In this document: positions 27,642 to 40,988 of the stretch, in pieces
How the letters are laid out: the number at the start of each line of letters is the position of its first letter
Numbering within the stretch: the first letter of the stretch is position 1
Assembly (NCBI RefSeq): GCF_009914755.1
Contig: NC_060927.1
DNA length: 64,000 bases
Origin: the human T2T-CHM13v2.0 reference genome, Homo sapiens
Strand: one strand, 5' to 3'
Position numbers and translations under genes: made by a program
The notes under the pieces: model-generated
Told to the model about the DNA's origin: nothing
Databases searched by the model: none
Seen by the model: the letters and a program-made list of their open reading frames with translations, nothing else

Positions 27642-28054
27642 CAACCGTGTACTAGTATACCTTCTTTATACTGTATACTGTAGGGTTACTGAAATGTACC
27701 ATTAATATAATACACTATGTCAGTTTACCCAACACTCTCATTCAGCAAAATACAAATATCACCCAATGCTTAACCATATTGCAAATTTCCTGCTGTTTGT
27801 GCAAACATGCAGATGGAATTAGACAAGGCATTTAATTTTCAGTATTCCTCAATGCTGTCTTGAGTGATTGTATCATTAAACTACTGCCATTCTTGCTTTT
27901 TTTTAAAAAAAATGTAAATTACTATGTTGTGAATATTAAATTTAACTTTTTGTGGATTATTTGTTTAACCGTAGAGTGTGCATTTTGGGGCTACACTTTT
28001 CTAAGTTGACTTGAATAGCTATACATGTGATTGCAATGCAAATCACCCATACTA

Positions 28055-28569
<515 letters not shown>

Positions 28570-28903
28570 TGAGTGCTTGAGGACAGGGTGCCCACTTTTT
28601 AAATTTCCCCGGCACAACAGCAGATGCACATGCAAACTGTGTTATATGAAAAATCTTGTGGCAAGGGCACAGAGACGGGACAGGAGGGCTCTCAGAGTGA
28701 TGGAGCAGGCAGAAAATACAGGCTGGTTTGAGAAGGTGTGAAGCAAGTCTTCTCTGACCTTTAACCTTTTGAAGACATCTCTTAAAAAGCAACCAAAGCA
28801 TCACCTCCCCTGTCCCCCATCACCCTGTTAACAGCCAGAAAACCTGGGGTCCTAGGGCCTTGGATGGAAAACTGTGAGGCAAAGGATTTGGAGGGTGAGG
28901 TAC

Positions 28904-28978
28904 CTGGAAGGCAGGTGGGTAGGCTTCTCCCCAATACTTTATTCATCCAGACTCCTTGGGCAGAACAGGTATATATAC
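28904..28978 (-). CDS. MASP1: Exon 11, end of CCP2 (GIYTCSAQGVWMNKVLGRSLPTCLP), last exon shared by MASP-1 and MASP-3
   Basis: 75 nt, acceptor tccag|GT, donor G|gtacct. Confidence 0.97.
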
Positions 28979-29097
28979 CTGGATTAGTGAAAGAGGTTAG
29001 GAGAGGAGGGAGAAAATGGTTGATTTGTAACACATGGAAAATAGATCTGGGTATTTAATTTCTCTAAAGTGAGTTATTACAAAGTCCTCCAAATGGT

Positions 29098-29135
29098 CAT
29101 CTAGGCTCAGATACGATTGTCTCTGAGCCTAGATG
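29098..29135. repeat. Inverted repeat with 14-bp perfect stem (catctaggctcaga / tctgagcctagatg)
   Basis: direct reading; 10-nt spacer tacgattgtc. Confidence 0.9.
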
Positions 29136-29600
29136 TACTAAGAAGAATGAGGAAGAATGTGGCAGGTACTCTCTGGGATACAATCCTCCAAAGGGACCAA
29201 TTAACCTCCAAATATCTTCAAATACCCACAGGGCTACCATCCTAGTCCTTCTATCAAACTCCCTTTGCAACATGAAGGATCTTTCTAAAATGGGAATGTG
29301 ACCATGTCCTTTCTCAGCTCAGAATCACGAATGGCTTGCTGTCACCCCCAAAAATAAACACCACACTCTTCAGCATGGTGTCTGTCCAAAGCTCTGGGGA
29401 ATCCCACTCCTGCCTGGCTGAGGGCTGCTCCCCTCCCCACCCCACGCTGCCCAGGTCCTGGAAGGCACCTCCGCCTCACTTGTCACAAAGACCTGGGCTC
29501 ACATGGCTCCCTGTTGCACAGATGCCCTTTCCTTTCTTCTCCATTTGACAGACTCTTTAATAAGCATACATTTGTGGCCACCATCTCACTGGCATTTTGA

Positions 29601-30072
<472 letters not shown>

Positions 30073-30912
30073 CTATGAGTGCATGTGAGCGGGTGTTGGG
30101 CTGCCACAAGGCAGGGAGAGGCGGGTTATGTCTCTAAGCATTTCTCCTCCCAGTTCCTCCCAAACCCCCAGTGTGGCCAATGGTCAGGTTATTGCTGGTC
30201 CTTCACCCTCTGGCCAGTGTGCTGCTGCCCAGCCCCTGGGGCAGCCAGGGGTCTCTGCCAGGTGGCATGGATGGGGCCTGGACAGGGACTGCTGTGGCTG
30301 TGCTTGAGCTGTGGTCAGGGGATATGCTGGGCTACCTGGGGAGACAGAGGATCCACTCCTCGCTCCCCAACCCTGCCTGGACCCCTGTCCGTACCAGGGG
30401 AAGAGGTCTTTGAAGGAAGGTCCCTTACCTGCTGAATGGGTCTGGCCTGGTGAGATGTTGCCCTCACCCAGAAGCCAAGGCAGAGTCTGGGTGAAGCAGT
30501 AATACTGGCCTTTTTTTGGAAACCCCAACTCAGCCTCAGACCACATGAAGGAGTTTAACTTGGGGGATTCCAGGCTTCCTTTAGGGTCTCGTTTCTTCTC
30601 TTAGTTGTGTCAGTGTGTGACTCCTTCACGCTCCCACCAACAACTCATTAGTAAATCAGTGCTAGCTTTAAAGTTAAAAACAAAAAAGCCTGCTTTTTGG
30701 TTTTGAGACTGTTTCTGCATCTCCACATGGACACAGTAACACAAGCTCATGAAAAGTGAGAACCTGAGATGTGTGAGTGACACGTTTTGCATTATCAGGC
30801 TCTACACACTTATGAGCAGTTCTTCCTTTCACAGCTGTCTCGGCCCCCAGTCCAACCCTGAGGCCCCGAGAGTGTGAAACGGGAGTGGGATGGCTTAGCA
30901 TGGATGGCTTAC

Positions 30913-31050
30913 CTGTGTTATTGTTGAGCATCTTGTAATAGGGCTCCTGACAGGAGTATTTGATCTCAGACTTGTATGTGGTGAGGTTGTTCCTTGTAGA
31001 GAAGGTGATCAGCCCGTGTTCCAGCTCTCCTGGGGCTCTACAGTCTACAA
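30913..31050 (-). CDS. MASP1: Exon 10, first part of CCP2 (IVDCRAPGELEHG...YYKMLNNNT)
   Basis: 138 nt, acceptor ctcag|TT, donor G|gtaagc. Confidence 0.97.
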
Positions 31051-33802
31051 CTGAGAGAGAAGAAGTGAGACCCCTCAACTGCCTTTTGCTCATCCTCCTT
31101 TGGCTATCTGATGGATCTGTCTCATGCAGATGTACAGGTTGTGCACTGCACACAATTCCAGAAAGCAATGTTATAATGCCTCTGAAGGGCACCCCTGGGG
31201 TGTGCAGTGTACAGCCTGTGAAGCTACCCATGGTCCTGCTTTTGAGGTCTCTTCCATTCATTATGGTACTACTGTGTGGTCAACTCACCTGCCCAGTGTC
31301 AATTTTGGGTAGGGGAAGGTCTACTGAGGTTTAAGCAGACTCCAGTCTTTTACCCACCAGGGCCTCTTTCTTTTACTTCTAGTTTTATTGTGCAATCCTC
31401 TCTGCCTCTTCTGCCCAAGAATGAAGCCCTTGGCTTAGTGAGAAAACTCTAGCTGACATAAACTAAATAATCTTTTGTTCTTCTAGTCCCAATCCTAGGC
31501 TGAGTAACAGCAGCTAATGTGCTCACATTGGAGTTTGGCACAAAAAATAAAAAAACCCAGCTCCTGTATGAGTACACAGCCCCACCCTGCTGCCTCTCTA
31601 CAGGCAGCTTGCTTGGCCATAGAAGCCAGGAGGCAGGGTTGGAGGTGGATCAGCTTTCAGTCTTCCCCTGTTCATTTTCTATAATTGTTGATGGCCGCAT
31701 GTTTGAGCCATAATTCCCAGTACAGGACATGAATAAAGATGCCTGCTCCTCAGAGGTGGTCTCTGGGGAGCTTTCCAGTCCAGCTCAGTCTTAGGGGAGT
31801 TGTCAGCACTGATGGAGCCCAGCGTGAGTCAGCTGAGAGTCAGGGCATCTTTTCATGGCCATATCAGAGGCTCTGGACCCAAATTTGTCAATCTTTTCAT
31901 TCTTAAGGAAATCCTAATCTTAGGTATAACAGCCTATGCCAGAGTCGAAGAATCATAGATGAATCATAGAATGTCACAGCTGGAAAGAAACCTGAAGTAG
32001 GCAATCTAGAATGTCCTCTTTATTTTATCTATGAGCCCAGAGAGGAGACTTGACTCGTCTAAGGACATACAGCAAGTTACTGTCAGAATGAGAGCAAGAT
32101 TTGACCTCAAACCCAGGGCTGTTTTAGTAAATGGAACTAGTGGTTCTTAAGGATCTGTTTTCCAGTTAAATGGCCTATTCTAGGTACTAGCTGGCCAATG
32201 GTGGACATCAACTGTCAGAATTTCCAGAGCCCTGGTAAAATTTCCAAAGTTCCATGTCCTCCTGAATTTTACCTGGTCATTTTGGGAAACAGTGAGATAT
32301 AATTTATCCCTGAGTGCCATTTAGACATTGTGATTTTAACTTTAGGACTCCAAATTCATCTTTTTGATTAGCTAGAGAGTCCACTCAAAATGCAAATAAT
32401 TTCAAGTCCCTCCGGGTTGGAGGAAAAGATGAAGGAGGGGAGTAAATATAGGTACTTCTTATCCACTAAGAAGGCCAATCAAGACAACTGGTTTTGTCCT
32501 GGCCTCTAGTCCAATCACCCTGGACAAATCATCTCCATTTGTTTTGATGATCCAAAAGTACAGATGCTCTTCTACTTTGTGAGGTAAATGTGTGCAGCTC
32601 AACACTAGGATAATGAGGCAATAATATCTATTATTTAAATACTATGAACAGTTTTAAATTTATTTTCTGTTAAAGCCGATTTTTCCTCCTTTTTCAGAAA
32701 ATGCCATTGACTTGGTGCCTAGGTATTGGTATCACTCATCTCCCTTAACTTTGGTCCACCTGACCGCCCAGTTCAGGAATTCCAGGGTTGGCTTTAGTGT
32801 GGCTAGATGGACGGGCCCCTGGGAGCCTGTTATGTGGCTGATGCTGGCGGATAGATATTTTCTGGGTGGAGGACCTACTTTCACATCACTTCAGAGAAGT
32901 AACTTTGCCCACTGATACAGCTGGCCCTACAACTAGGTAGAGGGGGTGATAAATAGTGGAAGGTAGAGGGTCTTGGCAGTGTGGAGGGGCGTACTTTCTT
33001 CCCAAGTCCACAGTGGCAGGGAAAAAGCCATGTTTCTCTGGGACTTGGAAGTGACTTAACCCCTCACAAGAGGCCTTGAGCAGCTCTGTCTGGCACAATC
33101 AGCACACACTAGACCCTGCTTCCTCCGTTGACTTATGCTCTTTGCTTTAGGAAGGGTTTTATCCTTTTCTCTAAAGTCCTGTCTGGCCAGTTCCGCACTC
33201 TGGAATCAAAACACCCTTCTCTTTCCCCTTGCCTTGGAGGTACCGCCCAACACCCTATCTCCATGGTAATTTCTTGTTGCCACTTATTTTTCTCCAGACA
33301 CACATTTCTTGACCTACAGTTCCAAGTGTGCTTTGCTGTACTGGGGGGCTTTCTAGAGAACGATGTGCAATCAGCTAACCCTGGCACTCAGGCCTGGGGG
33401 TTTGGGCTCTAGCCCCCTCCCTGGCCTCATCTTCTTTCCTCCCCTTGGTGCACCCACCCTCCGAACACCAGCTCCTTCAGTGTGCTCCCCTGCTGCCTCC
33501 TGCTCCCAGGCCTCTCTGGTGCCATCCCTGCTGCACGGGGCACCCTGTGTCCATGCTCTGGCCACCCTGAAGTCCTGATGAAACACTCCTTCTTCTTGAA
33601 AGCCTTTCTAATTCTAACTGGGCAGGGCTGCTTCCTTGTTCTGGAACTCTTCACTCATGTTTCTTTGATGGAATATATCTAATGTTGTCTGCATCAAAGC
33701 TATTACAATTATTTGGGTACATATCAAATCTTCCTCTTAAATTCTGATGCCCTGTATGTCACTGAGTATGAATGCTGTTAATACGTTGTAGGTTTAAAGA
33801 CA

Positions 33803-33808
33803 TTTATT
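33803..33808 (-). terminator. MASP1: Candidate polyA signal (AATAAA) of the MAp44 transcript
   Basis: tttatt on + strand about 950 nt downstream of the MAp44 stop. Confidence 0.65.
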
Positions 33809-33995
33809 CAACTGACACTTGTCTTTAGTAGCCAGCCCATCTCTTCTTTGGGTGGTGTCTCTAGCCGAGAATGGCACCTCAGTCTCCAGACTGCCCAGGG
33901 TTCTCCCCTCACCGCACAGCCATTTAATCACCAAATAGATCGGGCAGTCCATCTAATGCAAAGATTCTCTGACATGTGTGTCCAGATGTTCAGAC

Positions 33996-34164
33996 GGAAG
34001 CAGAGATTCCAGCTGCCACTCCCCAGCCCTTTCTCTATCACTGTTTAGGACCTGTGATGTCCCACAGCACAGAGCTGGGACCACTGCTTTCAGGTGTGAT
34101 CCTATCTTTTTAAAATTTTTAATCAGCGAATTTTAAGAAACATAGAACTTGTAAGCCCCAGAAG
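33996..34164 (+). repeat. Copy A of a ~170-bp direct duplication (in MAp44 3' UTR)
   Basis: matches 35256-35425 with 5 substitutions and 1 indel. Confidence 0.95.
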
Positions 34165-34761
34165 ACAGAACCTCTAATGATGACATTTCAGCCCTGCGCC
34201 AGATAGGGGTAGAAGGGATACTTTTGTGAATGAGAAAACATTCAGATTCTCAAAAATCCACACTCTGTGAGTTATTATTTGCTTTACCTACTCATGGTGG
34301 TTAAGAAAGCAGCAACAGGTAATACCTTCAGATTCATAAAGTCACAGGCAGTCTGGTTCATTTAAACTTGACATGTAGAATGGATTAGAAACCACTTTGA
34401 TCTGGTCAGCCTGAGGCCACATGGTTGTATATTAAATCTTTTGTCTCAAGGACCAAGGGCATTTTTTTTTTCCGTTGAGAAAAGTACAGTCCACTCAGAG
34501 GTGCTAAAATAAATCCCACATTTTTTTTTCATTATTTTCTGGAATAGTGTTTGAATGATGGGCAAACCCTCAAGTGGAGAATTTGCTTTCACACACGTAG
34601 CAGCTTCAACTGCTGAGATCATGTTGTTCAGCACCCATTCTAATCCACATGGAAAGGGGCACGGGGGTGTTGTGGGTGGGGAGGGGTGGTGCAGCTCTGG
34701 GCCCCAGGGGTCTTGGGAGTGATCCATTTCTGGATGTCTGCATTGTGTGGGGTCCCGTCAT

Positions 34762-34814
34762 TCACTCTGTCACTTGCTCTGACTTGAGTTCGCTCTCCAG
34801 ATCGATTTCATTTT
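34762..34814 (-). CDS. MASP1: Exon 9 coding part, MAp44/MAP-1-specific C-terminus KNEIDLESELKSEQVTE-stop
   Basis: 53 nt, acceptor ggcag|AA, in phase with exon 8; matches the known 17-aa MAp44 tail; TGA at 34762-34764. Confidence 0.96.
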
Positions 34815-35255
34815 CTGCCACCATGGTGAAGATCAAAGAGGGATCAAGAGATACAGAGGAAGGAAGCAGAGAGAGGAAGAGAAAGAGAGAGAGATTAGCA
34901 AGCAAAGCAGAAACAGTTTATGCAGGAAATACAGAAATTACTCCACCAGAATTGATTAAGAATGCATAGTTTAGGTACAGCCAGTGTGAAGAACAGTTTG
35001 GGATTGTGGAATTTGTATCGTTCTGAGAATTTGCAGAGTCATACATCCTGGCTCATGAGGATTATAAAATTCTGCCCCTGGAGGGAGCTTTGCCTGCATC
35101 TGGTCCAAACCCTCACTTGACAGCATTTAGAGTAGAACAGGGCTTGTCCCGGGGTCACCACAGCAAGGTGGAGGCAGGGCCAGAACAATGACCCATAATT
35201 CCCAGCTTCTTTTCTAGTGCACGTTTCTTTACCACAGAGTGCACCCCTCTTGTCT

Positions 35256-35425
35256 GGAAGCAGAGATTCCAGTTGCCACTCCCCAGCCCTTTCTCTATCA
35301 CTGTTTAGGACCTGTGATATCCCATGGCACAGAGCTGGGGCCACTGCTTTCAGGTGTGATACCTATCTTTTTAAAATTTTTAATCAGCGAATTTTAAGAA
35401 ACATAGAACTTGTAAGCCCCAGAAG
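35256..35425 (+). repeat. Copy B of a ~170-bp direct duplication (intron 8)
   Basis: ggaagcagagattccag...gtaagccccagaag. Confidence 0.95.
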
Positions 35426-36245
35426 CCTGGGGACTCTCGACTCCTCAGTCCTGTCCTTGCCTCTCCCCTAGGACCTAGCACAGTGCCTCGTACAGAGAGA
35501 TGCTCAATAAATACCTACAGAGTGAGCAAAGATGCTGGGTATGACTGAATGGGAATTCTAATAGTCTTAATCCAGCCTATTTTGGGAGAATAGGGTCATA
35601 TCAGGGAAACAGTTTCTCTTTACTACAAAATGACAGGGTGTTCTGTTGTATGCTAATGTAAGTCAGGGAAAAATTATTAATGTTTCCTACTTTCCAAAAA
35701 TGTGAATGAGAGAAATGAAACCACTTCCTAGTGAGGGGATTGGGTTGGGGCAGGAGGAGTCCGTTTATCTTTTGCATGTTTCTGGCCCTCCATGGGTATG
35801 GTATGTATATTAACCCAGTTAATCCCCACAGCAATCTTGAGGGCAGGAAACTGAGGCCAAAGAGTCTGAATACACTGATTACAGCTGAGAGGGACTGTCA
35901 GCTTGTAGAGTCTGCATTTGTATCTAGAACTTCCTAATTCCAAAGCCTGATTCTATCCAGGACACCCCATATCCTCCTTTACCTTCTCCTTCAACATGGC
36001 CCTTGCTTTGTTCTGCAGAGTGCTTTGCTTAGAACCCAGTCACAGCACTGCACCTCGAGCCTCAGATTGGAGGAGGTGGTGGCTGTGGCCACCACCACTT
36101 GAGTTCCGCCATGCCCGGACCTTGTCTTTTCCGTCCGACTTCCCTATGGAACTCTGTGCAGGCATCCAGTCAACATTTTTTGAAACATTTTGTTAAAGTC
36201 ATAAAATGCCCCCTCCTTCCCCATGCTAGGCTCTGACTCCAGCTA

Positions 36246-36287
36246 CATCATATGAAAAGGAAAAATTTCATCATATGAAAAGGAAAA
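36246..36287. repeat. Short tandem duplication catcatatgaaaaggaaaa x2 (period 23)
   Basis: direct reading. Confidence 0.85.
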
Positions 36288-36432
36288 GAACAATCGTATT
36301 TTACTTCAAAGTTCTTCCTGGGATTTGCGTTAAGGGAATGTCCCCCTTGGGACAATGGCAGGAGATTTGTCTGCCTGCTGAATCAAGGCCATGTAGGAGA
36401 AAGGGAAGAGGATAGCGCTCCAGTTTGCATGA

Positions 36433-36787
<355 letters not shown>

Positions 36788-37679
36788 TAATTCTTGACCT
36801 CACCAAGCCATTGTAAAGCAAATTCTCCCTTCTCTCTCCCTTCCTTCCCTGACTATTTCTGTCACTGTGCCTCCTCTCATCAATGTTGGCCATAATAAGT
36901 TTCTAAAACTGTGGTCCTTATAAGTCTTTCATTGAAATCACCTGGGTGTTGAGGGGTGGTTGCAGGGGGTGGTGGTGAGGTGAAGGGGTTGGAAGCCTGT
37001 ATTTTTACAAAGCTCAGTAGATGATTTATATAGACTATATCATTTTAAAACCACTGGCACATATTCTAAAATATAAAGCTAGTCCAAACTCCTTATTTTA
37101 TAGTTGAGGCGAAGGGTCTTATTCACAGTCACAGAGTTGGTTAGGGGCAGAGCCAAGGCAAGAACTCTGGGTCCCAGGAGCCAGTGAAGAGCTGTATCCT
37201 CTGCTTCATGCAGGCCCACTGTGCTGATCCCACAGCCCTTCCTGCACAGCCCTAAATCATGAGCTGTCTCAGAAGATGAAGGGGATATGGCTGATGGCCA
37301 TGTGAAGACTAGCAAGGTCACTCAGCTCTGGGCACCAGCACCAAACTAGTTTCCTGAATTAGCAATTGCCAAAGCTGGTTTTGAACCTGGACACGTGCTA
37401 TTCCTTTAGTAAGTCTGGCAACCCATCCGTGGGCTGAAGTAAAATTGGTATTTAACAAAGTACTGGGCCCACAAGAAGTTTCTTTTGGGATTCAAACATC
37501 TTATTGCCAAAAGGGGCACTGATACTCTTTTTTTTCCCAACCCTTGTGTGTCTGTTAAATTCCTGCTCCCATCCCCCTTAGAGTGCTCCTGCCAAGCTTT
37601 CACCCTTGCATGCTCTGCTCGGATCCCGCCAGTGCTGGGGAGCTCAGTATCTTTATAACAACCCATTAGGCTTTCTTAC

Positions 37680-37758
37680 TTTTACAGGTGGGAATCTTGT
37701 TACTCCACGTCCCATCCTTCAGACACTCAATCTGGAATGTGTCCATCTCCACATTATC
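37680..37758 (-). CDS. MASP1: Exon 8, second half of CCP1 (DNVEMDTFQIECLKDGTWSNKIPTCK)
   Basis: 79 nt, acceptor cccag|GAT, donor A|gtaaga; read directly from the reverse complement. Confidence 0.96.
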
Positions 37759-38038
37759 CTGGGAAGAGACAGGAAGAAGGGAGTGGGAAGAAGGAGGTGG
37801 GGGTGGTGTCAGGGGTTTTTTCCTAGCAAAACCAACTCAAGCTCCACACGTGTCTTGATCTCGACTGAGATTTTCCACCCATGGGCTTCCAAGGGTGAGC
37901 TTGAAGGTAGGGGAAAGATACATGCTGAATTCATACCTCCTTTTCATACTCTGGAGAGGGGCAAGGGCTGTGTGCAAGAAGGGGTTTGGGCAACTATCTC
38001 TGAAGGGAAAACGGTAAGCATTGACTCCTTTTTCAGAG

Positions 38039-38215
38039 CAGTGCTTCTCAAACCAGGGCAAGCGGTCAGCATCTCCTAGAGAGCTTGTTAAAACATAGGC
38101 TGCTGGGCTTCTCCCCCAGAGTTTCTGATTCAGTGAGGCTGGCCTACCCAAGCATTTGCATTTCTAACAAGTTCCCGGTGATGCTGAAACTGAACACCCC
38201 TCTTTGAGAACCATT
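38039..38215. mobile_element. MER5A-like MITE
   Basis: cagtgcttctcaaac...cccagagtttctgattcagt...ttgcatttctaacaagttccc...ctttgagaacca terminal inverted ends. Confidence 0.7.
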
Positions 38216-38390
38216 CCTTGAAAGCGATGGTCCTCTAGCTTGGCTGCACCAATCACTGGTCCCAGCCCCAAAAAGTCTGCTTTAACTGATCTCAAGTGAG
38301 AGCTGGGAGGTGATTTTTTTAAAGCGAACCATGTGATTCCTAGAACTACTGCTTCTGGGGGTGGGAGAGTGAGGGGAACCCATCTGTTCC

Positions 38391-38782
<392 letters not shown>

Positions 38783-39062
38783 TGATTATAGAGCTGTATG
38801 GATCCATATTTTAAAAATTCAAACCAGCTCATGCTCTGATTAAAAAAAAAAAAAAAACAAACTTTTGTGCCACTTTCAGAGTGTGAGACCGCCTGGGACG
38901 CATGCTTTGGAATTTCTGGAGCATTTGAGAAGTTGATGGGCAGCTAGGAAATTCTGTGCTGGAACTATGACAAGTTCTGGCAGCCCATCTGCCCTGGGGA
39001 GGGGCAGGTTTCGAGAGTTTCTGTGGCCTGGTCACTCCCCTTTCCCAGGCAAGGCTCTGCAC

Positions 39063-39181
39063 CTTCAGCACTTTGTAGCCTGTGTCACAGCTGACGAGCA
39101 CTTGGTCTTTGAAGAAATACTTGGCTTGGGAGGGCTCGATTTTCCCATGGACAGGAGGCTGTAGCTCTGGGCACTCATTTC
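39063..39181 (-). CDS. MASP1: Exon 7, first half of CCP1/sushi (GNECPELQPPVHG...SCDTGYKVLK)
   Basis: 119 nt, acceptor accag|GA, donor AAG|gtgcag. Confidence 0.97.
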
Positions 39182-40596
39182 CTGGTGAGGAGCAAATGAA
39201 AGAACAGCAGGTGAGAAAAGAGAATTCTGACCTTAAAGGGCCAGTCCCTAGAAAGCAAGGCCTGATGAAGGTGAATAAAACATGGAACTGGGTATTGGAG
39301 GCATGGATCTTCCAAGCCCTGCAAGAGACTAATTCTGGAACCGTGAATAGGGCAGTTTCCAACTTGGACCACCATGTCCTTACTTGTAGAATGAAATGGT
39401 TGACCAGATGATTTCATTAAAACACAGGGTTGGGAGGAATGTTAAATGTCATTAAATCCAATCCTTGTCTGATGCTTCTCTTAAAATATCCTCCGCAGTA
39501 GATGCCAAACAGACTGCTCAGCTAGGAGCCCCACCAGGTCCAAACCTGCATCCCTCCTCCCTCAGCCACTACCTGCATCTTTCCTCCCTCAGCCACCACC
39601 CCTGGGAGGGCTAAGCATGGCAGCTCAGGGACACAGTGACAGGGAGCTCAATGCCTCCCTAACCTTTCAGGCACGGACTCTGCTGATTACATGAACACTG
39701 CATTCCTACTTAACTGAAATTTGCGCCCCTGTAATTTTCACTCATTTGTCCTCTTGGGCCACCAAGGATGACCCAAATTGCTCTTTCTTCCCGAGGCCCT
39801 TCTTCAAAGCATTAGAAAGACTGTGATCATATGCCTCTGAGTCCTCTCCTTGAAAGGCTAAATCTGACAGGCTCTTCAGGCCTGGGCCTATCCCTGACAC
39901 TTTTTCTGAGACAAACTCTCCTTTGTTAAGATCTTCTCTACTCTCCCGCATCTGAGCAGTGTATGTGATAATGCAGGCAGGGCCAGAGTTTTAGTTTATG
40001 AACTAGATTAGTCATGCCCAGCTGCGATCTTTTGTCACTGATGTTCACCCTCTCCTTCCTTGGGTTCCTACAGACCAGTTACTGCAGGTTGAATGGCTCG
40101 ATCAAGGTTTGGGCCAGGACTGGCTGACTTGGGGGATGGGGGCATGAGACCCATGGGCTTTGCTGATGGGGGGCCCACAAGGAGGCAAAGCACCATAATG
40201 AAACATTCTGGGCTAGAAACCCACATCCAAATTCTAGCCCTAGACTTGGAGAAGGCTGGAGCTGAAAAGGCCCTCCTCAAGTCTACTGAATCACTGTGTG
40301 AGGGGTAGAGTTCAGGAAACAAGATTTCTTTTTCTTTAATCTCTCTATGCGATACTGAAGTACATGTTTTGAAAACCATCAGTCTAGTCCACCCAACATT
40401 ATTGTTGCCCTTGCCCCCATTTTATAGATGGAAAACTGAGTCAGGAGAGAGCACGTGCCTTGGTCCCCAGCTGCTCAACTGGGAGTCCCATCAGGTCTCC
40501 AGAGGAGATCCAAGCCTGCACACCTCCTCCCTCAGCCACTGCCTCTGCAAGGGCTAAGCACAGCAGCTCGGTGTGACCTGGGAGGGAAGAGGTTAC

Positions 40597-40744
40597 CTGC
40601 AGCCCTGTATGAGAGCCTCCAGCCCCGGTTCTCTCCCGAGTTGTCACTATGGAACAGGATCAGGACACTGTGGCTCTGGGTGCTGATGGGTTCTGGGGCT
40701 TTCTCTCCACAGAAAGGCCCCAAAACTTTTGGACCAACTTTGAT
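40597..40744 (-). CDS. MASP1: Exon 6, second half of CUB2 (IKVGPKVLGPFCGEK...WRLSYRAA)
   Basis: 148 nt, acceptor tgcag|ATC, donor G|gtaacc. Confidence 0.97.
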
Positions 40745-40988
40745 CTGCAAAATATGAGAGAGAGAGAGAGAAATAGAGTGTTCCATCTGAGCAGCCAAAA
40801 TGGCCACTGCAGGTAACACCTCTCCACTGCACTCTGGGTTTTCTGGAAGCTTCCATATGAACCCTTGGTATTCACTTAGGTTTTTAGTGAGCCTTACCAT
40901 TCACCAAATGGTTTCATCTTCATTCTCTCTTTTATAATTTACAATGGCTCTTGACGTGGACAAGGCAGGTTAATAATCCTCTACTTAA

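Noticed and set aside
28938-28943. AATAAA inside exon 11
   Set aside because: Encodes Asn-Lys (AAT AAA) in a constitutive exon next to a 5' splice site
30674-31261. Long ORFs extending past exons (also 38829-39362, 40532-40900, 44079-44444)
   Set aside because: Only the GT/AG-bounded central parts match MASP domains; the flanks are intronic read-through
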